Below are positions 36,385 to 48,700 of a DNA stretch of 64,000 nucleotides, piece by piece. Numbering within the stretch: position 1 is the first letter of the stretch; each line of letters opens with the position of its first letter. Source of the stretch: Selaginella moellendorffii (lineage: Eukaryota > Plantae > Lycopodiophyta). The stretch is taken from assembly GCF_000143415.4 (NCBI RefSeq), contig NW_003314262.1:472078-536077 (forward strand), in the 5' to 3' direction. A program made the translations under genes and the position numbers. The notes beneath the pieces were generated by a model that saw nothing but the letters and a program-made list of their open reading frames with translations, did not search any database and was not told where the DNA came from.

Positions 36385-37588
36385 TTAGAGCTCGTCTTGG
36401 TACACAATAGGATGAGAGGGAGGAGCGAACTTCTTGACTCTCTGGGGGATAAATCTCCTCTTCAAGATATATGCACAGACCATGATGAAGAACAGAGCTC
36501 CAACGATTAGTATGAGCCTACACAAGGAGAAACGCACAGATTTTAAGCAGCAAAGTAGAACGAAAGAACTAAGTCGTGAGTCTGTTTGATCGATCACCTG
36601 TCTAGAACGTCATGGCGAGTCAGAACGGAGAGAAGACGTCTTGTCGTCTGGAACAGTGATGTTTGGCCTGAATACTCAGACTCGGTTTTGTAAAGCATGG
36701 TGCTCGAGTGATCTGGATGAGAATTTAGCGAAGTTTAGACACCATAGATTGGATGGAAAACTCACCAAGAGCTGACAAAGTCGTCGATCCCCGATCGATT
36801 TCCTATGGTTGGAAAGAGAAAATATGATTGATTTGAGCAGAAAATTGAGATTTTAGAACCAACCTGAACCATCAATTGTCTCGTTCGTCTCAATGTTTCC
36901 GTGACGTTTTCGGCAGCGGCAGCCATTCCTGCTTGAGTCCTGAGGTTGCAAAACATTATTATCTTTCAAAAGGACTACACTGACTGACTTACTCAAGATT
37001 TCGTCGTCTTAGCGTCCCCTCTTTACCACCAGAGAGTAACATCTCTCTCTGACGTAGCAACAGGCTATCAAAGAAAGATTTTTTCGCAAGCAAGAAGAAA
37101 AGAATACCTCTTCGTTTGCAGATTTTCCTATGTTGGACTTGGCTCGTAGATTAGCACTCCGGAGACTCAATCTCAATCTAGAGGCAAGGATCAGATCGAA
37201 CAAGAGGCAAAGGAAACAAGAAAAGTTACAAAAAAATACTTACGCTTCATACTCGTCCTTAAAATTTGATAGCAAGAGCTCGTAACCCTCGCTAGCCTCT
37301 TCACTGATGGAAAAAAAAATTCATTCTCTTTCTCGCAGCTAAAACTATGATTCCTTTCCCCTACCTTGGGTGCTGTGGAATGAGAACCTCCATGTTTCCC
37401 ATTAGCGATCGAATTGCCGCCAGGGAATCCTGCGCGAGCGCATTGAGACGCGGGAGAGACCTAGCGTCACCAACGGATCTACAAGCGGCGACGGCATCGA
37501 TCTTGCTCTTGGCATCCCTGCGCATTCCCTCCCAGTCCCTCTCGATCTTCTCCAGCGCGCGCAGCACTGCCGCTTCATCCCCCTCCAT
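36385..37588 (-). CDS. SEC20: Sec20/BNIP1-like ER SNARE
   Basis: SLPRLNALAQD, LRSANLRAK, AAENVTETLRRTRQLMVQ and C-terminal TM; multi-exon. Confidence 0.88.
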
Positions 37589-37639
37589 TGACAAAGAAAA
37601 TTTAGGGTTCTAGCCAGAAATTTTAGGGGTTTAGATACC

Positions 37640-38591
37640 ATGGCGTCGTTGGCGATGGCATTCTCCTCCAGCTTCGATGGAGCCGGCCGGGTCTCGAGGA
37701 TTTTGCGATCGAGATCGGCAGTAGAGCGCTCGATCAGCGCCGCCAGGCCATGCGGTATGTCAAGCTCTAGTATAAGGGGTCTGCATTCTCACAATGTAGC
37801 AAGAATCTCGAGAATCGCCGCGCGAAGAGAGGAAGAAGAAGAGCCGCAGGAAGAAGAAGATTACGAGCTGCTGACGCTTGAGAAGCTGCGAGAACAGCGA
37901 AATCTCATGAACGATATCATGAAGAGGAAAGTGAGGGTCTACAAGAAGAAATTTAAGCGGCGAGAGGCCAGGGAGCAAGGCACTGTGGAAGAGCAATTTG
38001 TGTCCACTTTCGATAGGCTGGAGCCATTCTTTGAGGACGAGAAGCCGTCGGAAGGTATGAAGCAGCTGCTGGCATTGGTGGAATCAAGTCGAGCGTTTGA
38101 CGAGCCTCCTCCGCCGAAGTACCAAGTTCCACAGTGGCTCCAAAACGCTGGTGTGATCACATTATACGCACTCTTCTTATACGTGAGACTTTTCCTTGTT
38201 TCTCTTGGATTGCTGCTCATTCTTTCTTCGGTTTTTTCCTGTTGTGGTTTTCAGGTTGTGGTTTACGTAAATGAAGTTCTCGACGACTATGACGAGCGAA
38301 AGGCTCTTGAGAAGGAAGCTGCGATGGCCGATAAGGGCGAGGATCTAGAGAAAGCTAAGAAGAGCATGGAGAAGAGCCTAGAGAGCGAGTTTAACGTAGC
38401 GGCGGGGCGAGTTGGAACCACTGCGGAGAACCAAAGAAACGTACAGAAGGAGCCCAACGTGCTGGAGAGATTCTCTCAGGTAACATAGCATTCAGCTTAA
38501 CGCTCATAGTGGTTTTTCGTTTCAGACCATCCAGTTGTGGCTACGGTCTCTTTGGTTTAGCATCCTCGGGAAGTGGAAAGGGCGATCTTAG
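37640..38591 (+). CDS. Probable plastid-targeted membrane protein of unknown function (3 exons)
   Basis: Ser/Arg-rich transit-peptide-like N-terminus, charged helices and one hydrophobic segment; GT-AG introns at ~38182-38254 and ~38480-38525. Confidence 0.65.
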
Positions 38592-38832
38592 CAGAATTGT
38601 AGCTTAGGTGCGTTGCTGCGATGATATTTATCTTGAAGCTAACATCCATTTCATGGCAGGACTGGACTCTCCTTTTGTTTTCTTAGAGTGCATGTACATT
38701 GACAGGGAAGAATGCAATCTTGTTCGCATTTTCAGAGATGTTGCGAACGTTCTTTTAACTTCTATCCAGCTCTTCGCTCACAGTGGGCGTAAGGTACGTC
38801 ATTTTATTTGTATTCATGCTTGTGTTTGTCAT

Positions 38833-40356
38833 TTACAACGTGTTTATGTAGACTTCGGGGGGAAGACGCCGGTTTGCCACTGCGATAAGCGGATGTTTTC
38901 TTGCGACGATCACCCCTTGTCTCTCCTCCATGTTCATGGTGCTGCCGTCAGGAAGGGCCCAGTGAAATGCTTGCACCAGCCGTGCAAGAGTGAGCTCTAC
39001 CATGCACAGTGCGAGAGACATCCCCACGCACATCCTCCTGCCTGCTCCAAATGGTATGAGCTCGAAGTCGCAGCCTTTGACATCTATAGACGAGTTTATG
39101 AAGCGCTCGGGCATGAATTCTTCCGGTGAGTCCCATTGAGCTGGATCGCGTCCCATCGACCAAGCATTAATTAGAAGCCATGTTTTTGCCGGAATTGTGT
39201 AGCCTTTGAGAGTGCACGCTTCGATGGACTCGTGCGGTGCCATCATAGGAGCTGCTGGATGCAGTCGAAACGTCTCTTTGACCACAGCTTTGAGGTAGTG
39301 TAGATGATGAAGGTCATTCTCGTTCACCAGACGACTGTCACCAACAATGACATGAATCTCTTGCTGAACTTTTCTCAGGCAATCGGGATTTCTGATGAGC
39401 TCCGACAAGGCCCACTCGGTCGTAACTGCGGTGGTGTCTGTTCCTCCAGCAAGGATATCCTTCAGAGACGTAAGAGCGGTTTAGTTCTTATGAGAATTGC
39501 TTTGTGAGCTTACCAGGATCACGGCTTTTATGGCACTGTCCTCAATTCCGACCGACTGTAGGACGTCCACCAAGTCGCCAGATTTCACCTTTTCTTCTCG
39601 ATGGTCGTCGACAAGCCTCTGTAAGATGCAATCAATCTTTTTGCTTGTCGTTTTTAAACGTGGAATGTATCCTCCAGGGTCAAGCCGCTTGAGAAAAGGT
39701 ATGTAGTCGCCGAGATTGACTGCTCCCATCAACCGTACTGCCTCCAGGATCACGTTCAGTGGTTCTGCGTCTTCCGAGCACTCTCCATGACGGAACTTCT
39801 TGCCAATGGCCATGCGAGTTATAACATTCAAGGTGAGAGTTGAAAGCTCAATCTTCATGTTGAGGGGAACTTTGAGTTGTTCGGCCACTCTTTGCAGGAG
39901 ATTTTGAGTTTCCTCGAGCCTTGTGTTCTGGAAACTGGAGAGACGTTTTGAACTAAACAGCTCCGTCGTGCAAATCTTCCTCATTTCCCTCCAGTAGGGA
40001 CCATATTTGCAGCAAGAGATGTTCTTCGAGTTGTAGCACAGGCTTTGCGGGGAAATGAGAACAGGCCTCGACGCAAAGACGCGATCGTAAGACGTAAGGA
40101 TTTCTTTTGCTGCTTTCTTGGATGAAATGACGATGGCTGTTTTGTTTCCCAGCTTAATGGTCATTATGGGACCGAACTTGTGCGAAAGCTTGTGGAATGA
40201 CTGGTGTGGGAGCTTGAGAAGAAGATGGAGGTGGCCAACAATTGGCAGTGCCATCGGTCCCGGAGGCAGCCTCAATCGAGACTTGAGCATCAGCCACCAT
40301 GAAACAGATATTACAGCAGTCAGAATGCAAGCGAAGGTGAGCAAAAACCAATTCAT
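38833..40356 (-). CDS. Cytochrome P450, CYP71 clan (2 exons)
   Basis: LPPGP, WREMRK, AGGTDT, KETFR, PERF, FGAGRRMCVG; single intron at ~39461-39513. An upstream in-frame start at 40485 is possible. Confidence 0.96.
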
Positions 40357-40776
40357 TTGAGTGCCGGGACTTGTGGACAGATGATCAAGAGCCTGACAGG
40401 CAACTACAAGCAAGGTGAAAAGAAGTGAACCTATGACAAACACAAAAGTCCCTGGAAGCTTCATCTTGCAGCAAGAGGTGGGCATTTGCTTGTCAATTTA
40501 TAGTAGATTGAAGTCTTCGAATGTAATGCTTCTATTTTGTCTCAGTAAGAATTCATCGAGTCATGAGCGGGAAGTCAGTCAGATCCAACTTTCCAGGTCA
40601 CGAGGTCAAGAGACGTTTAAGCACGACACAGGTGACAGAGAAATACTGTCATTGTGATGAATCGATATTACTCTTTCGAAACGCAAGTTCATGAGATCGA
40701 CTTGACTCGCTTCAAGTTACAATGACATGATCGTTTTGATCATTTTGTCAAGAACGTCAAGCGTGACACACTGGTT

Positions 40777-41674
40777 CTAGGACAGGCATGGAAGCTCCAC
40801 TGTGGTGAAGGAGAAAATTCCAACATGTCCACCTTGGACCGTCGCAAACTTAACTGGTACTTTGCTTCCCCGTTCCAAAGTGTTAACTTGGTTCTTGGTT
40901 GGAGCAGTCCTACAAGATCTGGCACGCTGGTATCAAAGTTTCGAGAAGAGTTCCAAGGATCTTACCTCGAGACACAGAGGCTGAAAAGCGGGACTCCAGG
41001 TGATGTCTTTCTAAACTGGCTGTTTGGAGCGTAGACGTCAAAGACCAACTTGAGAGAAGAAGAAGAATGATCATCTCTTTCTCTGTCGATCGATTCGGGT
41101 TCTTCCTTGGCCGTCCAATCCACATTGTGGCGAGAGACGACATAGCCAAGAGCTTTGAAATGCGAGTAGACGTTGTAAGCGTCCATCGAGCAGCCATTCT
41201 TTTCCACTCCCAGAAGCTCGAGAACTTCGTGGAGATCCATCGTTCTTCCTTGCAAAGTGAGAATGAGACATCCTTGCTCCACAAGATAGCTGGACCAAAA
41301 GATTTGAAGATCATTCAATCGAAAAGAATTTTTTTTTTTATATTGCTTACATGGTTTCTTCCACATTGCATAGCAGCGAAGAACTCCGAATCACTCCAGT
41401 CGTGTTCCAGATTTTTCCTCTTGGATTTGCGACTCGAGCCATTCCAATCCGACCATCCCACTCTGCCGTGGATGCATCCTTCCTAGAGAAACCAATCTAT
41501 ACCAAAAATCTCTACTGAAAATCGAGAGAACCTCACGATCACAGTCGGTCCTGGAACATCGAACAAATCCTCGGCGCGTTTCCTCGCTGCGATCCACTCC
41601 TGGCGCTTAGCTGGTGCGAACAAACGCCGGATCCACGATTGGATCCACGCACGGATCCACGAGAAAAGGAGCAT
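40777..41674 (-). CDS. SEN54: tRNA-splicing endonuclease subunit Sen54-like
   Basis: AEWDGRIGMARVANPRGKIWNTTG, YLVEQGCL, YNVYSHFKALGYVVSRH, FDVYAPNSQFRKTSPG; multi-exon; start codon tentative. Confidence 0.85.
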
Positions 41675-41708
41675 TGCTCTCAAGAACCCTAATTTTTGTA
41701 AAATCCCA

Positions 41709-43889
41709 ATGCTAGTCTCGACATGGATTGTGGGAATGGCGCTCGTCCTCGCCTCGCTCTACGCCACTCACAGGATCGGTCTGCCGCACGGCCGCAATCT
41801 CCAGCTCCAGTCCACAAATCCAGCGCTGAATCTCACCATTTTTGCAGCTCCATCCAGCATCGAAGCCCCAGTGCAGCGCCTGGCGCTCCATTCGTGGCTG
41901 GATCTCGTCCCGCCGCCCTGTGTGGTGCTGCTGGGATCGGATCCATCGCTGCATCGAGTGGTTTCTTCCCTTGATCAAGAGCATTGCATCTCGGTTGAAT
42001 CAAACGTGGATTCTACGTAAGTTGTTGCGAAATTTTTTGGGAAGAGTGTTCTAAGGATCTTTACAGAATGTAGCTTCCAGGGAGTGCCATTCTTCCACTC
42101 GATGGTCGCGAGAGCTCGATCAGCCAGCTCGGGAGTAGTAGTTCTCGTTGATCCGGACGTTGTTCTTCCTCCCAGCCTCACCAAAGTTCTTAGTCATGTC
42201 AGGAGCCTCCAGCATCGTCACTGGCTCATGGTTGCCACGTCCAAGACACTGCCTGGATCTTCTCTCGCGATCGACAAGCTTCACCAGGTAAGAATCTTCT
42301 TCTTCTCTATGGTTTCCTTCTTCAGCGATCTCAATTTGATGAAGGTGGAGGACTATGTCAGCAAGAATGGTCGCTGGTCCGAGTGTGGTGGAGTAAAACT
42401 CTGGGCTTGGAATCCATCCCAGGTACCACTTCACGCTGGTGTTCTTCCACCTTTTCGGTATGGAGCTGGCTTCCACAACCAGTGGATGCTAAACGAGGCC
42501 ATAGCATCAGAGCTGCGGGTGGTGATTGACGTGAGTGAAGCACTTGGAGCGTTCCAGATACTCTTGAACAACGACACAATCCAAGCACCACCATCGAGCA
42601 CCTGGGAAGTTGATGCCAATGCTCGACTAGCGAGAACTTACGGCTCCTACGCTTTCAAGCCACCACATTTCTCAAACCAGCCGGTAGCCAGGCTCTTCCC
42701 TTGTGGATCGCAGCTGTGCCATCAAAGCTGTGACGCTGGAGGGAGAAGCCAGGCCTTAATGACGAGTTTCCGGCGCTATGTCCACGAAAGTGAGAGTTCC
42801 TGCGGGAAACTTTCAGCTCCACAGCTAGATTGTTCTTCATCGCAGCACCAGGTTTCTGGAAATCTCTCTTCGATCACCAGTGGCTATTCGTACCAGCTCG
42901 AGTCATTGCTGCTCAAAGTTTCCAGTCCGGACAAGGTAGTGGTGCTCACTGTCGTAAGTCACAGCTACAGGGACATGCTAATGAGCTGGGTGTGCCGGCT
43001 TCGCCATCTCAACGTTACGAACTATCTGGTAGCCACCATTGACAAGGAAATGTACCAGTTCGGGATTCTACAAGTAAGTCACCCTCCTCCTCTGTTTATT
43101 TCTCTTTGCTCTTTGTGAAGTTCTAAGACTTGGAAAAACTCTATCGCAGGGATTGCCTGTATTTCGAACGGAGTCTGGGAGAAGTGATTCCAAGGATTGC
43201 ACGTTTGGAAGTAGCTGCTTTAAAACAGTGACCAAGTCCAAGTCTAGAACCGTGCTGCGAATTCTGGAGCTTGGCTACAGCGTTCTCTTCAGCGACGTGG
43301 ACGTGTATTGGTTTAGCAGCCCGATTCAAGAGCTCATGGCTTTCGGGCTGGGAGTTCTAGCAGCACAAACGGACGAGTACAATGAGAAAGGTATGGTACG
43401 TTTGGAAGTTTAGCTCTCATCTATATCACACTCTTTCCAGAAGCTGTTAATCTCCCTCGCCGACTGAATTCCGGCTTCTACTTCGCGTGGTCGGACAACG
43501 CCACCATAGTTTCCTTCCGCAAGATCGTGAAGCACGCCGCCAAGTCGAAGCTCTCGGAGCAGCCAAGCTTCTACGACGTTTTGTGCGGCGAGGATGGGAA
43601 GCACAGGAAAGGCAATTCTTCGTGTGTGGAGCCGGAGACCAATCTCACAGTCGAGTTCCTGGATCGCTGGCGGTATCCAAACGGAGCCTACAAGCTCATC
43701 TGGGACAGCAAAGACGTGAGAGGAACTTGCCAGAGACTTGGCTGTGTGATTCTCCACAACAACTGGAAGACCGGACACCAGCAAAAGATCGAGAGACAAA
43801 CGCGAGCAGGCTTGTGGGAGTATGACCCAGAGACGAGGATGTGCTCGAGAGCTTGGAAAAATCACGAAAACTCCAAGCATTTCTATTGA
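41709..43889 (+). CDS. RAY1: Beta-arabinofuranosyltransferase RAY1-like (GT77)
   Basis: PFFHSMVAR, LHAGVLPPFRYGAG, YRDMLMSWVCRL, FGSSCFKTVTKSKSR, FSDVDVYW, SEQPSFYDVLCG, HNNW. Confidence 0.9.
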
Positions 43890-44006
43890 ATGGTAGTTTA
43901 GTTAAAACGTGGTTAACGTTAACTGCCTTTTAGTTTATATAGGGAAAAGGTTAAGGATGCCTGGATTATAAAAGGATCCAATGTTGTAGAAACCCTTGTC
44001 TCTCAG

Positions 44007-45251
44007 ATGGGAATTCCAGTTTATTTTGCATCGGTTTTGAAAGAACACCCGGACTGCGTTTGTGATGCCAACACGGGGCTGCTTTCAACATGCGCCAACT
44101 TGTACGTAGATGTAGGCTCCGCCATCTTTGTGATTTTGGAGAGGGAGGACTGCCCCGCCACCTTCGCCGGCTTCTATCGAGAGTTCGTGGATTCCATGCA
44201 CACCATCTTGAGTATCGCGTCGCCCAGCAAGCTTGTGTTCTTGGCTCTCGATGGAAGGCCTCCAGCTGCAAAGACTTTCCACAAGATCTTTAAGAAGTCC
44301 AACGGGCAAGGTACTGTTTCGAAGGAGGAGGAGCTGGATCCGTCATCCGTGGATGATCGGTTTCTTCCAAAGAAGGAAAAGGAAAAGTTCGCGATGGTTT
44401 GCCATGGAACGCCATTCATGGACGGTGTGGTGAGGGAACTGCGAGGTCTTGTAGCTAGAATGAGCAGTGCCCATCCAAGGATGAAGTGGATTCTCTCGAC
44501 AACGGAGGAGGATGGAGAGGGAGAGCACAAGATCTTCAAGCACATCAAGACTGTGCCTTTCAATGCCCACGACACTTTCTGCGTGGTTGGACGTGATGCG
44601 GATTTAATCATGCATTCCCTGGCCAGCCCGGTCTCGAAGAAGATCAACATTCTCAGGCAAACGCCCAGCAAGGAAGGAGGCATGGATTACAAGATTTTAA
44701 GGATTGACAAGCTGATTCGGGACTTGGAGGTTGAAATGAAGGAGCCCTCCAAAGTGAGATCGAGATCCGCAATGAGGGACTTCGTGTTCATGTGCTTCTT
44801 CCTCGGGAATGACTTTCTCCCGAACGTGGGTTTTTCCAGCGTGAAAGATGGTGTCAACATACTGCAAGCGACGTACAAGGAGGTTTTCTCGGAGATTGGA
44901 GAGTTCCTCATTGATGTGGAAGGGCAAATCAACATGACAGTTTTGGAGAGCTTCGTCCGGAAACTCTCCAGGAGAACGACGACGAGGCCAGCACAGGACG
45001 ATTGCTCCTCTCATGAAAAAAACGAGTCCTTCCTCGCGCTTCTCAATTGGTGCTGCAATTATTACTTCAATAGTTCGGCATTGCCTGAGTCTTACTATCG
45101 ATGGGAGACAGCTCCTCCTCTGGAAGAATTCGCTGCCTTCATCGCAAACCATCAGCGAGGTCCTCAAATCAGCCCAGCAGCACATGTTACATTAGACTTA
45201 AGGCCGCAATGGCTGAAATCATATACTTTTGTCACATCACGCCAAACGTAG
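44007..45251 (+). CDS. Compact XRN-family 5'-3' exonuclease-like protein, intronless
   Basis: MGIP start, [49 protein letters not shown]; TATA at ~43934-43941. Confidence 0.9.
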   Translation: MGIPVYFASVLKEHPDCVCDANTGLLSTCANLYVDVGSAIFVILEREDCPATFAGFYREFVDSMHTILSIASPSKLVFLALDGRPPAAKTFHKIFKKSNGQGTVSKEEELDPSSVDDRFLPKKEKEKFAMVCHGTPFMDGVVRELRGLVARMSSAHPRMKWILSTTEEDGEGEHKIFKHIKTVPFNAHDTFCVVGRDADLIMHSLASPVSKKINILRQTPSKEGGMDYKILRIDKLIRDLEVEMKEPSKVRSRSAMRDFVFMCFFLGNDFLPNVGFSSVKDGVNILQATYKEVFSEIGEFLIDVEGQINMTVLESFVRKLSRRTTTRPAQDDCSSHEKNESFLALLNWCCNYYFNSSALPESYYRWETAPPLEEFAAFIANHQRGPQISPAAHVTLDLRPQWLKSYTFVTSRQT

Positions 45252-45260
45252 GATCAACAC

Positions 45261-45582
<322 letters not shown>

Positions 45583-46997
45583 TTCTATTCCCTTAAGCTT
45601 GAGCTTCAAAGCATTGATGTCTTTCAAAAAAAAATCCATAAAATTTCTCTTCTTCAAATTTATGAAAATTAATATGATTTAGCTAGCAATGTACTAAATC
45701 ATGTTGAAAGCCACTATAAATATTCATAAAAATCAATATGTGATTAAACTATCTTGAAGATAATAATAGATATTTATAATTTATACTTCTTATTGAATTT
45801 TATAAATACACCACAAACCTAAACCTAAGGTTTTTAAAAGAGAAACCCTAAATGTGAGGAAGGAAATAAGTCGACACTGCCTGGATTATACAAGTCTCTT
45901 TGGTGTATTGGTCATTAAAAAGCATGTACAGAGTCAAGGCAAACCTTCACTATGTCCAGGGTAGGATCAAACGTTTATTAATAGTAAATTTTAATAATAT
46001 AAAAAATTAATAACATACCAAGTGAATTTGATTGGTGTCACTCTGCCTTGACCCTCCAATTGCTCCCACAATAAGGCCACATATGGCTGTATTGTAATCA
46101 CTTCCAGTTTTGGGATTGTTCCAACCATATGTTGTCATTAATCTGCAAATGAAATGCTCGTCCACCAAGCATCCTTCTTGTTATAAACATTGGTGAGAAG
46201 ATGTAACAAATATGGCAGTGCTCCATCGTTTATAATGAACTGGAAATAAATTTAAAGACAAGCGTAAGAAACATCTAGGATGTTCTCCAAGTCCTGATTG
46301 TCCAGACCCAAAATTTGGATGCGGCCCATGCACAGCCACCACTTTGCCTGGATAGTAAGAGGAATCCCACACAAAGATCTTAAAGGCTGCAAAATACAAA
46401 CACATAGTCCTTCTGAAAAATAGTTATGAATTACCTTCAGTCAATTTGCTTTTGCTTGCAACTGTTACAAGAAAGCAGTGGGACCTCCTTTACTCCCTTC
46501 TACATTTACTTCTTCTTCAGAGAACTTTAGAATGGATAGCCCTGCCTCGACTAAAGGTTTGCATTCTTCCATGCCGATTAACTTCAAGCCATTGTAATGG
46601 GGATATTGCTTATTCGCAGTTCTAAACTTCCTCCCATGTCAACCTCTCTTCAAATTGATTTCATGCGGACCTTGATCCCGAATGCTTCAACATCATCCAT
46701 CAACTCGTGAATGTCAGGGTCACTAGCATGATGTTATACACAACAGATAAGCTGGGTGTGTTTCTTCGTACAATTTGTTCTTCAAAAAGGCTCAATCCAG
46801 CTTTTAACGTAGATGGAAGTCTAGAGTTTAAAAGAACTTCCAAAATTTCATCAATCTCATGGATAAGAAATTGGATGCACTCCACAGAATGGACAAACAA
46901 TTCAGGACCATGAAAGTAACATTTCATTAGCTATGCACTAAAGAGATATAATATAACATGTTTAGGGTTTAGGGCTAATGGATCCGTTTAAACCCTA

Positions 46998-48190
46998 ATG
47001 TCTGTCGTGGCGTTCCGGGCTCTTCGTCTCTTCTCCGTCGCACGCAGCGCTAGCCCTAGAGGATCGGTCCGCCTTCGCGCTTGCTCCACCACCGCCACGG
47101 CCTGCTGCGGCGCCATGGAGCAGTTTGAATCGTTCCGCGCAGAGATGGATGCGTCCAATGCCGTGAGGGAGCAGCTTCGATCGGCGGTGTCAGAGCTGGA
47201 CAACGCCACTCGCCTCATGAATGCGGCATTGCTTCCAATCCATCACTCCTCCTCCGGCGGTAAGCGTAGATCTATTGCGTTCTTCTCTTTAAAAATTTAA
47301 ACTTCCAGATAGTATCAAGAAAGCCAAGAGCTACCTTCCAGAGATACGAAAGGCTTACATGGACCTCACGGCGATCATCAAAGCTCGGCCCGAGGAGTAC
47401 TACAAGTAAGTGTATGTACGATGTTTTTTTTTTTCTTTCTTCTTGCGTGTGTGTTTGTCATAGATGGATGGTTTGAGAGCTATCTCTTTCCTTTTTTTCT
47501 TCCAGGTATCACGACTACTGGCGGAATCAAACGCAGGTCGTGGTTTCCTTGCTCGCATTCTCGCACTGGTTGGAGACTGGAGATCTTCTTTCTCACGCTG
47601 ACGCGCAAGAGCTCCTGGAGCGTAAGCTCGATTACAACTTCATTCTTGGCTTACTTCATTCTCATCATTTGCAGTGAAGAAAGAAGATTTCTTTCTGGAT
47701 CTAGACGACTATCTAGTGGGTAAGTTTCGAGTCTCCAGGCTTTTTTTCGTGTTTTGATCTTTGATCTTTGTCGCAGGCCTATGCAACATGTCCAGCGAGC
47801 TGGTATGTGTAAATGCGTGGTTTTTATTGTACGTTTTGTGAGGATTTTTAACTTCTTTCCATACTGTGCACAGCCAAGATACGTCGTGAATCAAGTTGTC
47901 GCGGGAGCTTACGATTGTCCCGAGAGAGTTTCGCTGTTCTTGAGCGATTTGTACTCCGCGTTCCGGCTCCTCAATCTCCGAAACGATCATCTCAGGAAGC
48001 GATTTGACGGTACGAAGTGAAAATCTTTCGCTCTACACTGACCCCAGTTTCTTTGTTTTGTTTTTTTTTTTTTTTCTTGCGTGAAGGATTGAAATACGAC
48101 CTCAAGAAAGTCGAGGAGATTTTGTATGACGTGAAGATCAGAGGGCTTCTTACAGGAAAGGAAAGCAAGACACCGGAAGAGACCAAGTGA
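46998..48190 (+). CDS. TSN: Translin (C3PO subunit) with N-terminal organelle-targeting-like extension
   Basis: FESFRAEMDASNAVREQLR, YYKYHDYW, LDLDDYL, PRYVVNQV, FRLLNLRNDHLRKRFDGLKYDLKKVEEILYDVKIRGL; multi-exon. Confidence 0.93.
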
Positions 48191-48253
48191 TAATGATCTC
48201 AGGTAGCTCGCTTTTATTTTATAGTAGCACTACCCCAAACTAGGAATGATCCA

Positions 48254-48517
48254 TCATCCTAGCTTGGGAACTTGACTCACTTTGTTGTTAGAATCCGTGA
48301 AGAGCCGCACTCGATCCTTGCGAAAATCCATGGTCATCATGCTGCCCTCTGGAAGGATGACAACATCAAGGGTGCTGTGAACCTCCTTGAGCTTCTTCTT
48401 GGCTTCCTCGGCGTCCATGCCGACGAATTCGTCCCATTTATCTGCAGACGAGCAAGTTTAGATCATGAATGGAGAAAATCGAAACTTACCTGCGCAGCAA
48501 GGTTTCTCTCCGCTCAT
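48254..48517 (-). CDS. Potato inhibitor I family serine-protease inhibitor (71 aa, 2 exons; not in ORF track)
   Basis: Exons 48517-48490 and 48441-48254 give MSGEKPCCADKWDEFVGMDAEEAKKKLKEVHSTLDVVILPEGSMMTMDFRKDRVRLFTDSNNKVSQVPKLG*. Confidence 0.92.
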
Positions 48518-48700
48518 CGTTCTCTCCCAAGCAAACAAACACACTGTGAACAGTGATAGCCCTCTATATGATATCTATAAGCGAATACACCCAGTAAGAT
48601 TCCACGTCCACGCGTGCTCGAAGCGTGCCCTGTCTTGACAAAGAAAGCGAAATGAAAGAGTTCGTTTAGAACGTAATACTATGTGTCTTACTTCTTGTGT

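Noticed and set aside
38833-43889. CYP450 plus glycosyltransferase as a biosynthetic cluster
   Set aside because: RAY1 is a cell-wall GT77 enzyme and no scaffold-forming enzyme is nearby.
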